Made by a program: the position numbers and the translations under genes. The notes beneath the pieces were generated by a model, which had not been told where the DNA came from, searched no databases, and worked only from the letters and a program-made list of their open reading frames with translations. From assembly GCA_965203275.1 (NCBI GenBank), contig OZ241865.1:1824001-1888000 (forward strand): 64,000 nt of DNA, written 5' to 3'. Every line of letters starts with the position of its first letter. The first letter of the stretch is position 1. Shown here one piece after another: positions 33,583-43,891 of the stretch. Origin of the DNA: Bdellovibrionales bacterium. GTDB lineage: Bacteria; Bdellovibrionota; Bdellovibrionia; Bdellovibrionales; JAUICD01.

Positions 33583-34918
33583 CACAGTCCTGAATTTAGC
33601 CTGCAATCAGAAGGCTTATAAAGATGCGACCAAACCCGTTACAGATCGCTTCGAACAGATGATGGCCAATAATAGCAATGGCAGTCAGAAGGACCAATGT
33701 CAATTGACGCAACAGATGAATGAAGTAACTAAAAAAATCAATCAATCCATCACAGGCAAATGCCATACGGCCATCCTCTCATGTAAAACTACTTGTGGTA
33801 TGGCCCTGAAAAATGCAAAAGTAGCCCACGCTGCTGCTATTGAACCTACGGCCAAAGCTATGTTCTGGGCAGAGATGACCGCTATTAGCAAGAGTATGAC
33901 AAGCTGTGCTAGCAAATGGGCCAGTGTTAAAAAAAACAGCGATCTTCAGATAGCTCGTAATACAGATGCCATTAAGCAAGCTAAAGACTGCGTAGATGGT
34001 TTGGGTGGATCCGGTGAGTTGAGCGATTCTTCTAATTGCAATCAACTTCCACTAGCTCAAAAAAACCTCTGTCAAGAACTAGGTGAGGTGGCCTTCTGCA
34101 AACAACATCCAAAGATAGATTTTTGCCGTAGTTTGTCAGATAGCCTCTTTGCCGGCAAAACAGATACCCCCGGACCTGGTCACACGAATGCCAATGCCAT
34201 CGCCTCAAATCCCCTAAAACAAACCCTAACAGGGGGGGGGGACGAAAGTCTAGGCAATTCATCGCAACAAGACTTAGCCACATCTGAAATATGTCAACAA
34301 CATCCAGATAGCCCGCAGTGTAAGAGAGATGAGTGTAATTCTCTACCAACTTCAACGACTCGTGGTTTATGCCATTCAGAGGGTATAGAAAAAACTTGCA
34401 AATATGTCCCTCAATTGCCTCGATGTAAAAAAAGAGCAGCCGATTTAGCTAAGAATAAGGTCGACCCTTTAAGTGGTCATACAAGTTTAGGATTAAAAGG
34501 TGGTTTTGCTGGTGGTGGAAGTGCTGGTGGTTCTGCTGGTGGAGGTTCTAGCAGTGGAGGAGGCTCTGGCAGTGGTGGCTTAGGTGGCAGTGACTTTGCA
34601 AGTGGAGATGGTGCAGAAGGATTAAAGCCACTGACAGGATCATCTGTGATAAAAATGGATAAGGACGGGAATGTCCATGCTCTTGTGAATGGACGATATA
34701 CAAATTTAGGTAGTGGCAGGCGAGCAAGGAATCTTCACAAAAAAATATCAGGTTTAAGTTATAGTGATTATCTATTGCGGAAGCCTCAAAAGCGAGGACC
34801 TGCAAGTGTCCAAGCAGTTAAAAGTGAAGATGTTACACCTGCAAATGGTTTAAGCAACTTCCAAAAAGTCTCCCGAACAATAAAGCTATTGTTCCCTACA
34901 TTACTTTACTCAAAATAA
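33583..34918 (+). pseudogene. 3' part of the IS-interrupted Cys/Gly-rich secreted protein gene
   Basis: In frame with 30598-30857; the joined product would be ~531 aa, with Cys repeats, a Gly/Ser linker and RGPAS near the C-terminus. Confidence 0.8.
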
Positions 34919-35790
34919 TCTAGCCGGGATCCGGGATCCGCAACCCGGCATCAGATCCTAAAAATGAAATTTTTCCTTAACATGGAGTTAAAAAACGAAG
35001 AGATCCTCCTTACTAAAAGTAAACGGACTTTTGAGGTGATGACCATTTTATCGACGGCGTGAGCCGTCGTGGTCATCACCCAAAAGTGACCAGAGGTCAG
35101 TTTACTTTTAGTGAACCAAATGTCACACCTGCAAATGGTTTAAGCAACTTCCAAAAAGTCTCCCGAACAATAAAGCTATTGTTCCCTACATTACTTTACT
35201 CAAAATAATCTAGCCCGGATCCGGGATCCGCAACCCGGCATCAGATCCTAAAAATGAAATTTTTCCTTAACATGGAGTTAAAAAACGAAGAGATCCTCCT
35301 TACTAAAAGTAAACGGACTTTTGAGGTGATGACCATTTTATCGACGGCGTGAGCCGTCGTGGTCATCACCCAAAAGTGACCAGAGGTCAGTTTACTTTTA
35401 GTGAACCAAATGTCACACCTGCAAATGGTTTAACCAACTTCCAAAAAGTCTCCCGAACAATAAAATTGCTTTTCCCTAATTTGGTTCCGTTAGTTCCTTC
35501 AAAGTAATCATTAAGTTTATCCGGGATCTGGGACCCGGGATCCGGCAGAACTTTTTCCTTAACATGGTGTTAAAAAACGAAGAGATCCTTCCTACTAAAA
35601 GTGGTCAGGCTTTCTAGGTGATGACCATTTTATCGACGGCGAAAGCCGTCGTGGTCATCGCCAGAAAGTGACCAGAGGTCAGACCACTTTTAGTGAACCA
35701 AATGTCACACCTGCAAATGGTTTAAGCAACTTCCAAAAAGTCTCCCGAACAATAAAGCTATTGTTCCCTACATTACTTTACTCAAAATAA
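34830..35790 (+). repeat. Tandem array of ~290-bp units (gene 3' end + heptamer block + family A copy)
   Basis: tgt(t/c)acacctgcaaatgg at 34831, 35121, 35411 and 35703. Confidence 0.92.
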
Positions 35791-35809
35791 ATTGCTATCT
35801 TGATCCTTG

Positions 35810-36890
35810 GGCTACTTTTAGTGAACTAACTCCCTAACCCCACCCCCCGCCCTTCGATCTGCTTTTTCATTTGTATGTTTTTTATGAGTGGAATGCGGAG
35901 TCAGGCTTCCGAAGTCCTCAACCTTCGCTTGCTTTGGGGAGCAAGCGGGTCTGCGGAAGATCTCCAGCCTGCCTCCGCATCCCACTCATAATATTCATGT
36001 TTATTTGAGATTTACGCAGAATCTAAAAGAAAATAAAAAAAACAAAAAAACTCTTTTTCCTTAACATGTTGTCAAGAGACGAAGGGATCCTCCTTACTAA
36101 AAGTGGTCAAGCTTTCTAGGCGATGAGCATTTTATCGACGGCGTGAGCCGTCGTGGTCATCGCCAGAAAGTGACCAGAGGTCAGACCACTTTTAGTGAAA
36201 CAAAACAAGCTGATAAATTAGGAGCTTTTTTATACAAGTTATGTAAAAATACTTAAAGTCAAATTTGATTATCATTCCCGGGATCTGGCAATCAGGCAAC
36301 CCGGCATCAGTTCCCGGGATGCCTGCTTGCCTGATCCCGGGAATAAATATCTTGTTCCCTTAACATCATGTCAGAGAACGAATGGATCCTTCTTACTAAA
36401 AGTAAACGGATTATCCCTAACCCCACCCACCGCCCTTCGATTGTTGTTTCACTCAAAATGAACTGGCCTCTGGCCACTTTTGGGTAGCCAGCCCGACGGC
36501 TCACGCCGTCGTAAAAGGCTGACTACCTCAAAAGCTTGTTCATTTTGAGTAGAGGAGGATCCTTTTATTCCTCTACATCATGTTAAGGAAAATTTCCTTT
36601 ATTACCTCAAGAGCAAGCTCAATTTGCGGAAGATCTTCAGTCTCCCACTGCCCCATCCTCCACCTAATTATTTTTTGTTTGAGAGTTACGCAGAATCTAA
36701 AAAAAATAAAAAAACAAAAAAAGAACATCGTATTTATCCGGGATCTGGGATCTGGGATCCGGGATCAGGCATCAGTTCCCGGGATGCCTGCTTGCCAGAT
36801 CCCGGGAATAAATATCTTGTTTCCTTAACATTTCACTTGAAATGAACCACACATTTGTTTCCCTAGAATTGAAGTGACCAGAGGTCTGTT
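35810..36890. repeat. Mixed cluster: family B, family A copies, heptamer blocks and a four-helix-bundle 3' fragment
   Basis: Family B ~35830-36045; A ~36053-36202; A reverse ~36446-36592; heptamers ~36277-36342 and ~36737-36806. Confidence 0.85.
36203..36256 (+). pseudogene. 3' fragment of the four-helix-bundle gene
   Basis: Encodes KQADKLGAFLYKLCKNT*, matching the end of 14840..15145. Confidence 0.85.
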
Positions 36891-38557
36891 CACTTGGAGT
36901 GAGAAGAATATCCTCTTTGGTAACTATGACGTGTAGCGGTGATAGTGACAACGTAAATCAAATGCAGAATCACAAAACTTGAAACATATTCTAAACCTCC
37001 ACCACCAAATCCATAAGAATGCAACCCTGCCCCTAAAACAAAATTAACTCCATACCAAGCCATCAATATCAGTGAAAAACAAATAGAACCCCACGCTAAA
37101 AATCCAAAAGGACCAAGCCATCCAGCCAGTCGCCCATGCACCACGGCAATATATCCTAACAGAGCAACCAATGCCCATACCTCTTTAGGGTCCCAGTCCC
37201 AAAAGCGTCCCCAAGAATAATCAGCCCATATTCCACCTAAAACAGTACCAGCAGCCAATAAGACCACTCCAACTTGCATGGCATAATAAGTCGCATTTGT
37301 TAAAGAGAGTACATTCGTTTGAAACAATTTAGGATTTTTTTGGGGATCTTTAAAAAAATATCCAAGCCCAATATTCGACAAAACAAAAGAAAGGAAAAAA
37401 GCAGAATACCCAAGTGTAATAGTCATCACATGTACAATAAGCCAAAGATTGCTATTTAAAACAGACATGAGCGGTTGCAGAGAAGGATCTAGAACAGTGG
37501 GAGCCATATCTGCTGTAATCAAACAAAGACAAGCTACAACACAAGCAGAGAAAACATAATAAATACGTCTTTGCCATAGCTCAAAAAGCAAAGCAAAAAA
37601 GACAGCTCCCCATGCCACCCAAATAACAGATTCGTACATATTAGAAACAGGAGGTCTCTCCATTAAATAAATTCTCAAAATAAATCCGTAAGTGTGTAAT
37701 AAAAAGGCTAACATTAAAGTTAAAAAGCCTGGATACCTTCCCCATTGCCAACCTAAAAGCACTGTCAAAAAAAATATAGCTCCTATTAGATAAAGCACCC
37801 AAGCCCATTTAAAAGGAGATAAAGAGTTATAATGTAGCTCTACATCTATTGGAGTTAGGCTAGGGTAGTGAGAAGGATTTTGTGCCTTTGCAAAAACAAT
37901 AAAATCATCGACAGCCTCTTGCAAAGAAGATACATCCTGACTGTCAATACTTTGAATAAAGGTTTTTGCCAATACTTGAAATTTTGCTTTTTCATTTTGA
38001 TTAAATTGAGAAAAGTTTTTCCATGTTTCTGTATCTTTTTGAGGGAGTAAAGCCAATGCTTGACCTGAAGTAATAGCTACAAAAGTACGCAATTGAGCTT
38101 CTAATCTTTCGACTGCTTGAAAATAATTATTGAGTTTGATTTTATTGTCTTTTTTATTTTGTAGTTCTTGAAGAATCAAACTTAATCTTGGACTAGCAGA
38201 GATCACATTGACAGAAAAATATTTTTGAGTCTCATTTAATTTAAGATTTTGCTTTAAATCTAATCTAGGAATTTCAATAATATCTACTCCAGACCAGTGT
38301 GAAGGCATTAAAATCCATGTAAAAACAACCTCAGAAGCTGCCTTTGCAGTATAATGAGATCTGCCGTAAATAAGCTGTAAAGATTCTCTGGCAAAAGTAC
38401 CAAAAGGCTTCACCCGTCCACCAGATTGAATAGGCAAGCGATTAAGTGTAGAAGCCATATCATCAGCTAAGCTTTCCGTAGAGAAAATTAAAATTGTCAA
38501 GCTCAAAAGGCCAACAAATAAAAACCTTAAAAAAGATTGGTATTGAAAATAACTCAT
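36890..38557 (-). CDS. ccsA: Cytochrome c biogenesis protein (system II, CcsA domain)
   Basis: GGRVKPF, RPPVSNMYES, WADYSWGRFWDWDPKE, GLHSYG. Confidence 0.92.
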   Translation of the reverse strand: MSYFQYQSFLRFLFVGLLSLTILIFSTESLADDMASTLNRLPIQSGGRVKPFGTFARESLQLIYGRSHYTAKAASEVVFTWILMPSHWSGVDIIEIPRLDLKQNLKLNETQKYFSVNVISASPRLSLILQELQNKKDNKIKLNNYFQAVERLEAQLRTFVAITSGQALALLPQKDTETWKNFSQFNQNEKAKFQVLAKTFIQSIDSQDVSSLQEAVDDFIVFAKAQNPSHYPSLTPIDVELHYNSLSPFKWAWVLYLIGAIFFLTVLLGWQWGRYPGFLTLMLAFLLHTYGFILRIYLMERPPVSNMYESVIWVAWGAVFFALLFELWQRRIYYVFSACVVACLCLITADMAPTVLDPSLQPLMSVLNSNLWLIVHVMTITLGYSAFFLSFVLSNIGLGYFFKDPQKNPKLFQTNVLSLTNATYYAMQVGVVLLAAGTVLGGIWADYSWGRFWDWDPKEVWALVALLGYIAVVHGRLAGWLGPFGFLAWGSICFSLILMAWYGVNFVLGAGLHSYGFGGGGLEYVSSFVILHLIYVVTITATRHSYQRGYSSHSK

Positions 38558-38773
38558 TTTATAAGACCTTGTTTATTAGAGATGTATTTTAAGAAAGTTT
38601 TTATAATATATCAAATAAAAAATTAAGATGTAACTTGTTTAATTTGAATAAAAATAATGTTGTTGTGCTATAATGTTGATATGAAGTATGACGACAGACT
38701 AAGTTCACATTGAAACTTGAATCTTATATTATAAAATTTCTGAAGGATAAAAAAGTATGAACTTGCAAAGTAT

Positions 38774-40459
38774 CTAGTTTTCAAATATGCGAGAAATATC
38801 ATTGAAAAAAGCCAACGCCATTAAACCTAAAATCACAATCAAGCCAATCATTTGAGCAATTTCCATCTTTCTCATACTCAAAGGAGCTCCTCTAAGAGCC
38901 TCAATGGTGAAGAAAACCAAATGCCCACCATCTAAAATAGGAATGGGCAACATATTAATAATGAAAAGATTAATAGAGATAATAGCCATAATCTTAAGAA
39001 AATAGCTTAAACCCATTTGAAAGGTTCGGCTAGCTACTTGACCAATCATAATAGGTCCACCAATAGACCGGTGTGATACACGAGCTTGCAAAAGCCTTAA
39101 AAACCCAAGACAAGTTAATTTCGTCCAAAAAACAGCCTTTGTCACACCATCTTGCAACGCTAAAATAGGATTTAAAGTACGTATAATTGTAAAGTCTGTC
39201 GGTGTTTCTACTATGTGATTATAAATGCCAATGGCGTATTTGGATTCCCTACCTCCTTGATTATTTGTTTGCTCTACTAATATAGGAGTGAGTTGCACGT
39301 TTTGAATCTCTCCTTTTCTTACAACCTCTATATTTAAGTGTTGTTGTTCAGGGGTATAGCTGTATATTTTGTTCAATAAGCTTGCTCGATCGGTTAATCT
39401 CTCACCATCAATGGCTTGAATCTTATCGCCAGATAAAAGTCCAGCCTGTTCCGCAGGGCTATCTTCAGTAAAATGAGATATAAACAAATCCGGTATTTCA
39501 AATCCTAATGTTTCAGGAGTGAGTTCTCCCACAAGATCATCTGGAATTTCAATGGAAGCTGTATGTTGAGAAGATTCTGTATTTTGGGATAACTTCGTAG
39601 GGTACCTTGTGTATTTAATCTCTAAAAGTTTTTCTTGAGCAAAATCGTTTTGTAGAAGAGCTACGACCTCATACCATTTTTTAACAGGGGTGTTATTTAT
39701 GGAGTTGATTTCATCAAAAGTCATCATCCCCTCCTTAGCTGCTAATGAGTATGGTCTTGAAATACCTACTTGAGAGCTTCTTGCCATAATTCCTAAACCT
39801 TCAATAGAACCTATTTTTTCTTCTGTACTTAAAATATTAGGATTAGCTATCAGAGCCGTTGTGGTCTGTAACGAAATATTTTCAGCATGGCGATCAATAC
39901 CAAAGGTGATCTGTTGCGTTTGAGGAAGTTCTATGTGCGTTTTCACTTCTTGCCATGTTTTGACAGGGGTACCATTAATGGATGTAATAATATCACCAGA
40001 TCGGAAACCTTCCTGCCATGCTATTGACTGTGTCTTGATATCACCTACAATGGGTTTGATCATTTGTTCGCCAATGAGAGCTATAATAAAGAATACAAAA
40101 ATAGCAAAAAAGAAATTCATTAAAGGTCCAGCAAGTACAACAGCAATCCTCTGACCGACTGGCTTATGCAAAAAAGCACCTTCCCTTTGATCAAGAGGTA
40201 CTTCCATAGAAGGATCGTCTCCGAACATTTTTACATAACCACCAAGTGGAATGATAGAAATACAATAAGTTGTCTCGCCCCGCTTGAATTGAAAGATTTT
40301 CTTTCCAAAACCAAGACTGAAAGTTTCGACCCTTACATTATAAAATTTAGCTACGAGAAAATGTCCTGCTTCATGGACAAAAATCAAAATGCCCAAGAGA
40401 ATAGTCATAGGAACAAGAAAAGATAACCCTTGTTGAACAAAGTTAAATAACAAATCCAT
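38774..40459 (-). CDS. rseP: RIP metalloprotease RseP with multiple PDZ domains
   Basis: HEAGH, GGYVKM, AGPLMN, NMLPIPILDGGH. Confidence 0.95.
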   Translation of the reverse strand: MDLLFNFVQQGLSFLVPMTILLGILIFVHEAGHFLVAKFYNVRVETFSLGFGKKIFQFKRGETTYCISIIPLGGYVKMFGDDPSMEVPLDQREGAFLHKPVGQRIAVVLAGPLMNFFFAIFVFFIIALIGEQMIKPIVGDIKTQSIAWQEGFRSGDIITSINGTPVKTWQEVKTHIELPQTQQITFGIDRHAENISLQTTTALIANPNILSTEEKIGSIEGLGIMARSSQVGISRPYSLAAKEGMMTFDEINSINNTPVKKWYEVVALLQNDFAQEKLLEIKYTRYPTKLSQNTESSQHTASIEIPDDLVGELTPETLGFEIPDLFISHFTEDSPAEQAGLLSGDKIQAIDGERLTDRASLLNKIYSYTPEQQHLNIEVVRKGEIQNVQLTPILVEQTNNQGGRESKYAIGIYNHIVETPTDFTIIRTLNPILALQDGVTKAVFWTKLTCLGFLRLLQARVSHRSIGGPIMIGQVASRTFQMGLSYFLKIMAIISINLFIINMLPIPILDGGHLVFFTIEALRGAPLSMRKMEIAQMIGLIVILGLMALAFFNDISRIFEN

Positions 40460-40570
40460 ATCATTTCCTTTATTTGGTCCTTTTATTATCTCAATTTGGG
40501 CCTTTTATTATCTAAATTCGTTGATCTTCGTCTACCCGTACGTACCTCTTTTAGAAATACGTGAGTTGTG

Positions 40571-41565
40571 TCCCTCAAAATTTCCCTTCCTTGAATATTC
40601 TAATCTAATTTCGTATATTCACCAGGTCAAGCTCATTTCAGAGAATAGGAAGGTCAATTTTGAGGTGATCGGCTAGAAATTCACTACTAAAATTTATGTT
40701 TACCTCAATTTCTTTGTACATATTATTTTCACTTCCTTATTTGGTCCTAATTATTATCTAAATTCGTTGATCTTCGTCGTTTCACTAAAAAATAAACCAG
40801 CCTCTGGCTACTTTTGGGTAGCCAGCCCGACGGCTACCGCCGTCGATCAAAGGCTGGCTACCTCAAAAGTCCGTTTACTTTTAGTAGAGAGGATCTCTTC
40901 GTCTCTTAACACCATGTTAAGGAAAAAGTTCCTTCTATCAATTTTTCCCTTCCTTGAATATTCTAATCTAATTTCGTATATTCACCAGGTCAAGCTCATT
41001 TCAGAGAATAGGAAGGTCAATTTTGAGGTGATCGGCTAGAGATTCACTACTAAAATTTGTGTTTACCTCAATTTCTTTGTACATATTTTGTTTCCCTCAA
41101 AATTTCCCTTCCTTGAATATTCTAATTTAATTTCGTATATTCACCAGGTCAAGCTCATTTCAGAGAATAGGAAGGTCAATTTTGAGGTGATCGGCTAGAG
41201 ATTCACTACTAAAATTTGTGTTTACCTCAATTTCTTTGTACATATTTTGTTTCCCTCAAAATTTCCCTTCCTTGAATATTCTAATTTAATTTCGTATATT
41301 CACCAGGTCAAGCTCATTTCAGAGAATAGGAAGGTCAATTTTGAGGTGATCGGCTAGAGATTCACTACTAAAATTTGTGTTTACCTCAATTTCTTTGTAC
41401 ATATTTTGTTTCCCTCAAAATTTCCCTTCCTTGAATATTCTAATCTAATTTCGTATATTCACCAGGTCAAGCTCATTTCAGAGAATAGGAAGGTCAATTT
41501 TGAGGTGATCGGCTAGAAATTCACTACTAAAATTTATGTTTACCTCAATTTCTTTGTACATATTA
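40571..41565. repeat. 159-bp unit in five copies, interleaved with a family A copy
   Basis: tccctcaaaatttcccttcc at 40571, 41093, 41252, 41411, and a partial start near 40945. Confidence 0.92.
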
Positions 41566-41618
41566 TTTTCACTTCCTTATTTGGTCCTAATTATTATCTA
41601 AATTCGTTGATCTTCGTC

Positions 41619-42070
41619 GTTTCACTAAAAAATAAACCAGCCTCTGGCTGTTTTTGGGCAATCAGCCCGACGGCTCTCGCCGTCGATCAAAGGCTGATTG
41701 CCTCAAAAATCTGTTTATTTTTAGTAGAAAGGATCCTCTCGTCTCTTAACTACATGTTAAGGAAAAAGCTCCTTCTGATGTTTGCTCTGACAGCTTACGC
41801 TATCTAAAAAGAGCAATGCCTTTGTTTCACTCAAAATAAATCATGCCTCTGGCATGTTTTCTGGCAGTTAGCCCGACGGCTACCGCCGTCGATCAAAGGC
41901 TAACTGCCTAGAAAATCCATTTATTTTGAGTAGGGAGGATCTCCTCATTTTTTAACACCATGTTAAGGAAACAAGCTATTCGCTTCATCCCTGCCTGTCT
42001 GCCGGATCCCAGATCCCAGATCCCAGATCCCGGATCCCAGATTGACATGATGTTAAGGAAAAAGTTCCTT
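41619..42070 (-). repeat. Two family A copies (reverse), a fragment and a CAGATCC heptamer run
   Basis: gtttcactaaaaataaacc at 41619; tgtttcactcaaaat at 41823; (cagatcc)n at ~42005-42042. Confidence 0.88.
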
Positions 42071-42081
42071 CTTACACTCGT

Positions 42082-43077
42082 TTATTTTGAGTGAGATGAT
42101 AAGGGCTGTGGTTTAAAGTCCTTTGCAACATTCATGGTAGCACTGTTACCTGTCACCTGAATAACAAACAACCCCTTTTTCTCTGCATAAAGATTAGCAT
42201 TCTTTTCACAATTTAAATAGGCAACTGCTCCATACAAAATTTTGCGATTAGCCTCTTTGTTATATTGTTTAAATATATTAAACCTTTTGAATGCTTCATC
42301 TATATCTTTCTTTTTTAAGTATTTCTTGGCTTCTACAGCTACCATCTCTTTCCCATTGATAGCTAATATATCTATCTCATATCTGCGATGAGGACTCTCA
42401 TCTTTAACATGAATGGAGGTTGTCTCTACTTCAATGCCTTGCTCTTTAAGAAGCCTCACTGTCCCTGTATTAGCTAAAGCCTCAACAAACTTACCCCATT
42501 GAAGACCTGAATCTCCTATAAACTTATTTAAGGATTTTTGTAATTGTTTTTGAGACTCTTCTGCCTCCTTAATCGCCTGCTCTGCTTTTGCCATGTTCTT
42601 TTTTCGAATCTCCTCATTTCTATCCTGAGCATCTGTTACCTTTTTAACCCCATCTGCTACCTTTTTAATCTTCTGATCTAGCTCTTCCATGTTCTTTTTT
42701 CGAATCTCCTCATTCCTATCCTGAGCATCTGTTACCTTTTTAATCTTCTGATCTAGCTCTGCCATGCTCTTTTTTCGAATCTCCTCATTCCTGTCTTGAG
42801 CATCTGCTACCTTTTTAATCCTCTGATCTAGATCTGCCATGCTCTTTTTTCGAATCTCCTCATTTCTATCTTGAGCATCTGTTACCTTTTTAACTCCATC
42901 TGTTACCTTTTTAATCTTTTGATCTAGCTCTGCCATGCTCTTTTTTCGAATCTCCTCATTTCTATCCTGAGCATCTGCTATCTTTTTAATCTTTTGGTTG
43001 ACTTCTCTACTGCCTTTTTCTTGAGTCTCTGCAAGGCTTTTAATGCTTTTTAATACATCTTTTATTGTTGTTGTCAT
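42082..43077 (-). CDS. Coiled-coil repeat protein with C-terminal PD-(D/E)XK nuclease-like domain
   Basis: Five DAQDRNEEIRKK repeats; WGKFVE...YEIDILAING..VAVEAK..LYGAVA. Confidence 0.75.
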   Translation of the reverse strand: MTTTIKDVLKSIKSLAETQEKGSREVNQKIKKIADAQDRNEEIRKKSMAELDQKIKKVTDGVKKVTDAQDRNEEIRKKSMADLDQRIKKVADAQDRNEEIRKKSMAELDQKIKKVTDAQDRNEEIRKKNMEELDQKIKKVADGVKKVTDAQDRNEEIRKKNMAKAEQAIKEAEESQKQLQKSLNKFIGDSGLQWGKFVEALANTGTVRLLKEQGIEVETTSIHVKDESPHRRYEIDILAINGKEMVAVEAKKYLKKKDIDEAFKRFNIFKQYNKEANRKILYGAVAYLNCEKNANLYAEKKGLFVIQVTGNSATMNVAKDFKPQPLSSHSK

Positions 43078-43142
43078 AATAAAAAACTCCCTTTTTAATT
43101 ACTATATCATAGCTTTTTAAATAAAGAAAACATAAAATATAT

Positions 43143-43560
43143 AAATTTCCTCCTAAGCCCTGGCGAGTTTAAAATGAAATTTTTCCCTTACATATTTCAC
43201 TCAAAATGCATCATGCCGTCTGCTTCACTAAAAGTGGTCTGGCCTCTGGCCACTTTCTGGTTGCCAGCCGAAGGCTATTCGCCTTCTCAAATGCTGGCAA
43301 CCTAGAAAGCCTGACCACTTTTAGTAGAAAGGATCCTTTCCTCTTTTAACACCATGTTAAGGAAAATTTCTTTTATTACCTCAAGAGCAAGCGGGTTTAC
43401 AAATGAAACTCTTTTTCCTTAACATGATGTTAAGAAACGAAGGGATCCTCCTACTAAAAGTAAACGGACTTTTGAGGTAGCCAGCCTTTGATCGACGGCG
43501 AAAGCCGTCGGGCTGGCTACCCAAAAGTGACCAGAGGTCAGTTTACTTTTAGTGAAACAA
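43143..43560. repeat. Four-helix-bundle leader fragment and inverted family A doublet
   Basis: aaatttcctcctaagccctggcg resembles 14792-14814; reverse copy ~43224-43366; forward copy ~43411-43559. Confidence 0.88.
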
Positions 43561-43562
43561 CC

Positions 43563-43638
43563 TGGCAGGGCAGGCAGGATTCGAACCCACGGCCTACGGA
43601 TTTGGAGTCCGTCGCTCTACCAACTGAGCTACTACCCT
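43563..43638 (-). tRNA. tRNA-Trp (CCA)
   Basis: AGGGTAGTAGCTCAGTTGGTAGAGCGACGGACTCCAAATCCGTAGGCCGTGGGTTCGAATCCTGCCTGCCCTGCCA. Confidence 0.95.
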
Positions 43639-43891
43639 TTTTACTTAAACTGCTATAAATGAATAAGTTTCTGTTCGTTGTGAATAAAAAATATCTTTTT
43701 ATTTATAGATCATAAATTGTACTATCGGTAAAATAGTTATCTTCAATATTTCTTAACATATTCAGTTTATTTATTATACATTATTTTTTTGCCTATGTTG
43801 AAAATATTTTAATATCAAGTTAAAATGAATTGTGTCGATGATCCAGTAATCCAATAAGTTATATAAAAATGCATACAAAGGATTATAAATA

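Noticed and set aside
40571..41565. CRISPR array (also considered for 34830-35790 and 46555-47286)
   Set aside because: Units are 159-290 bp and nearly identical throughout, with no unique spacers and no cas genes.
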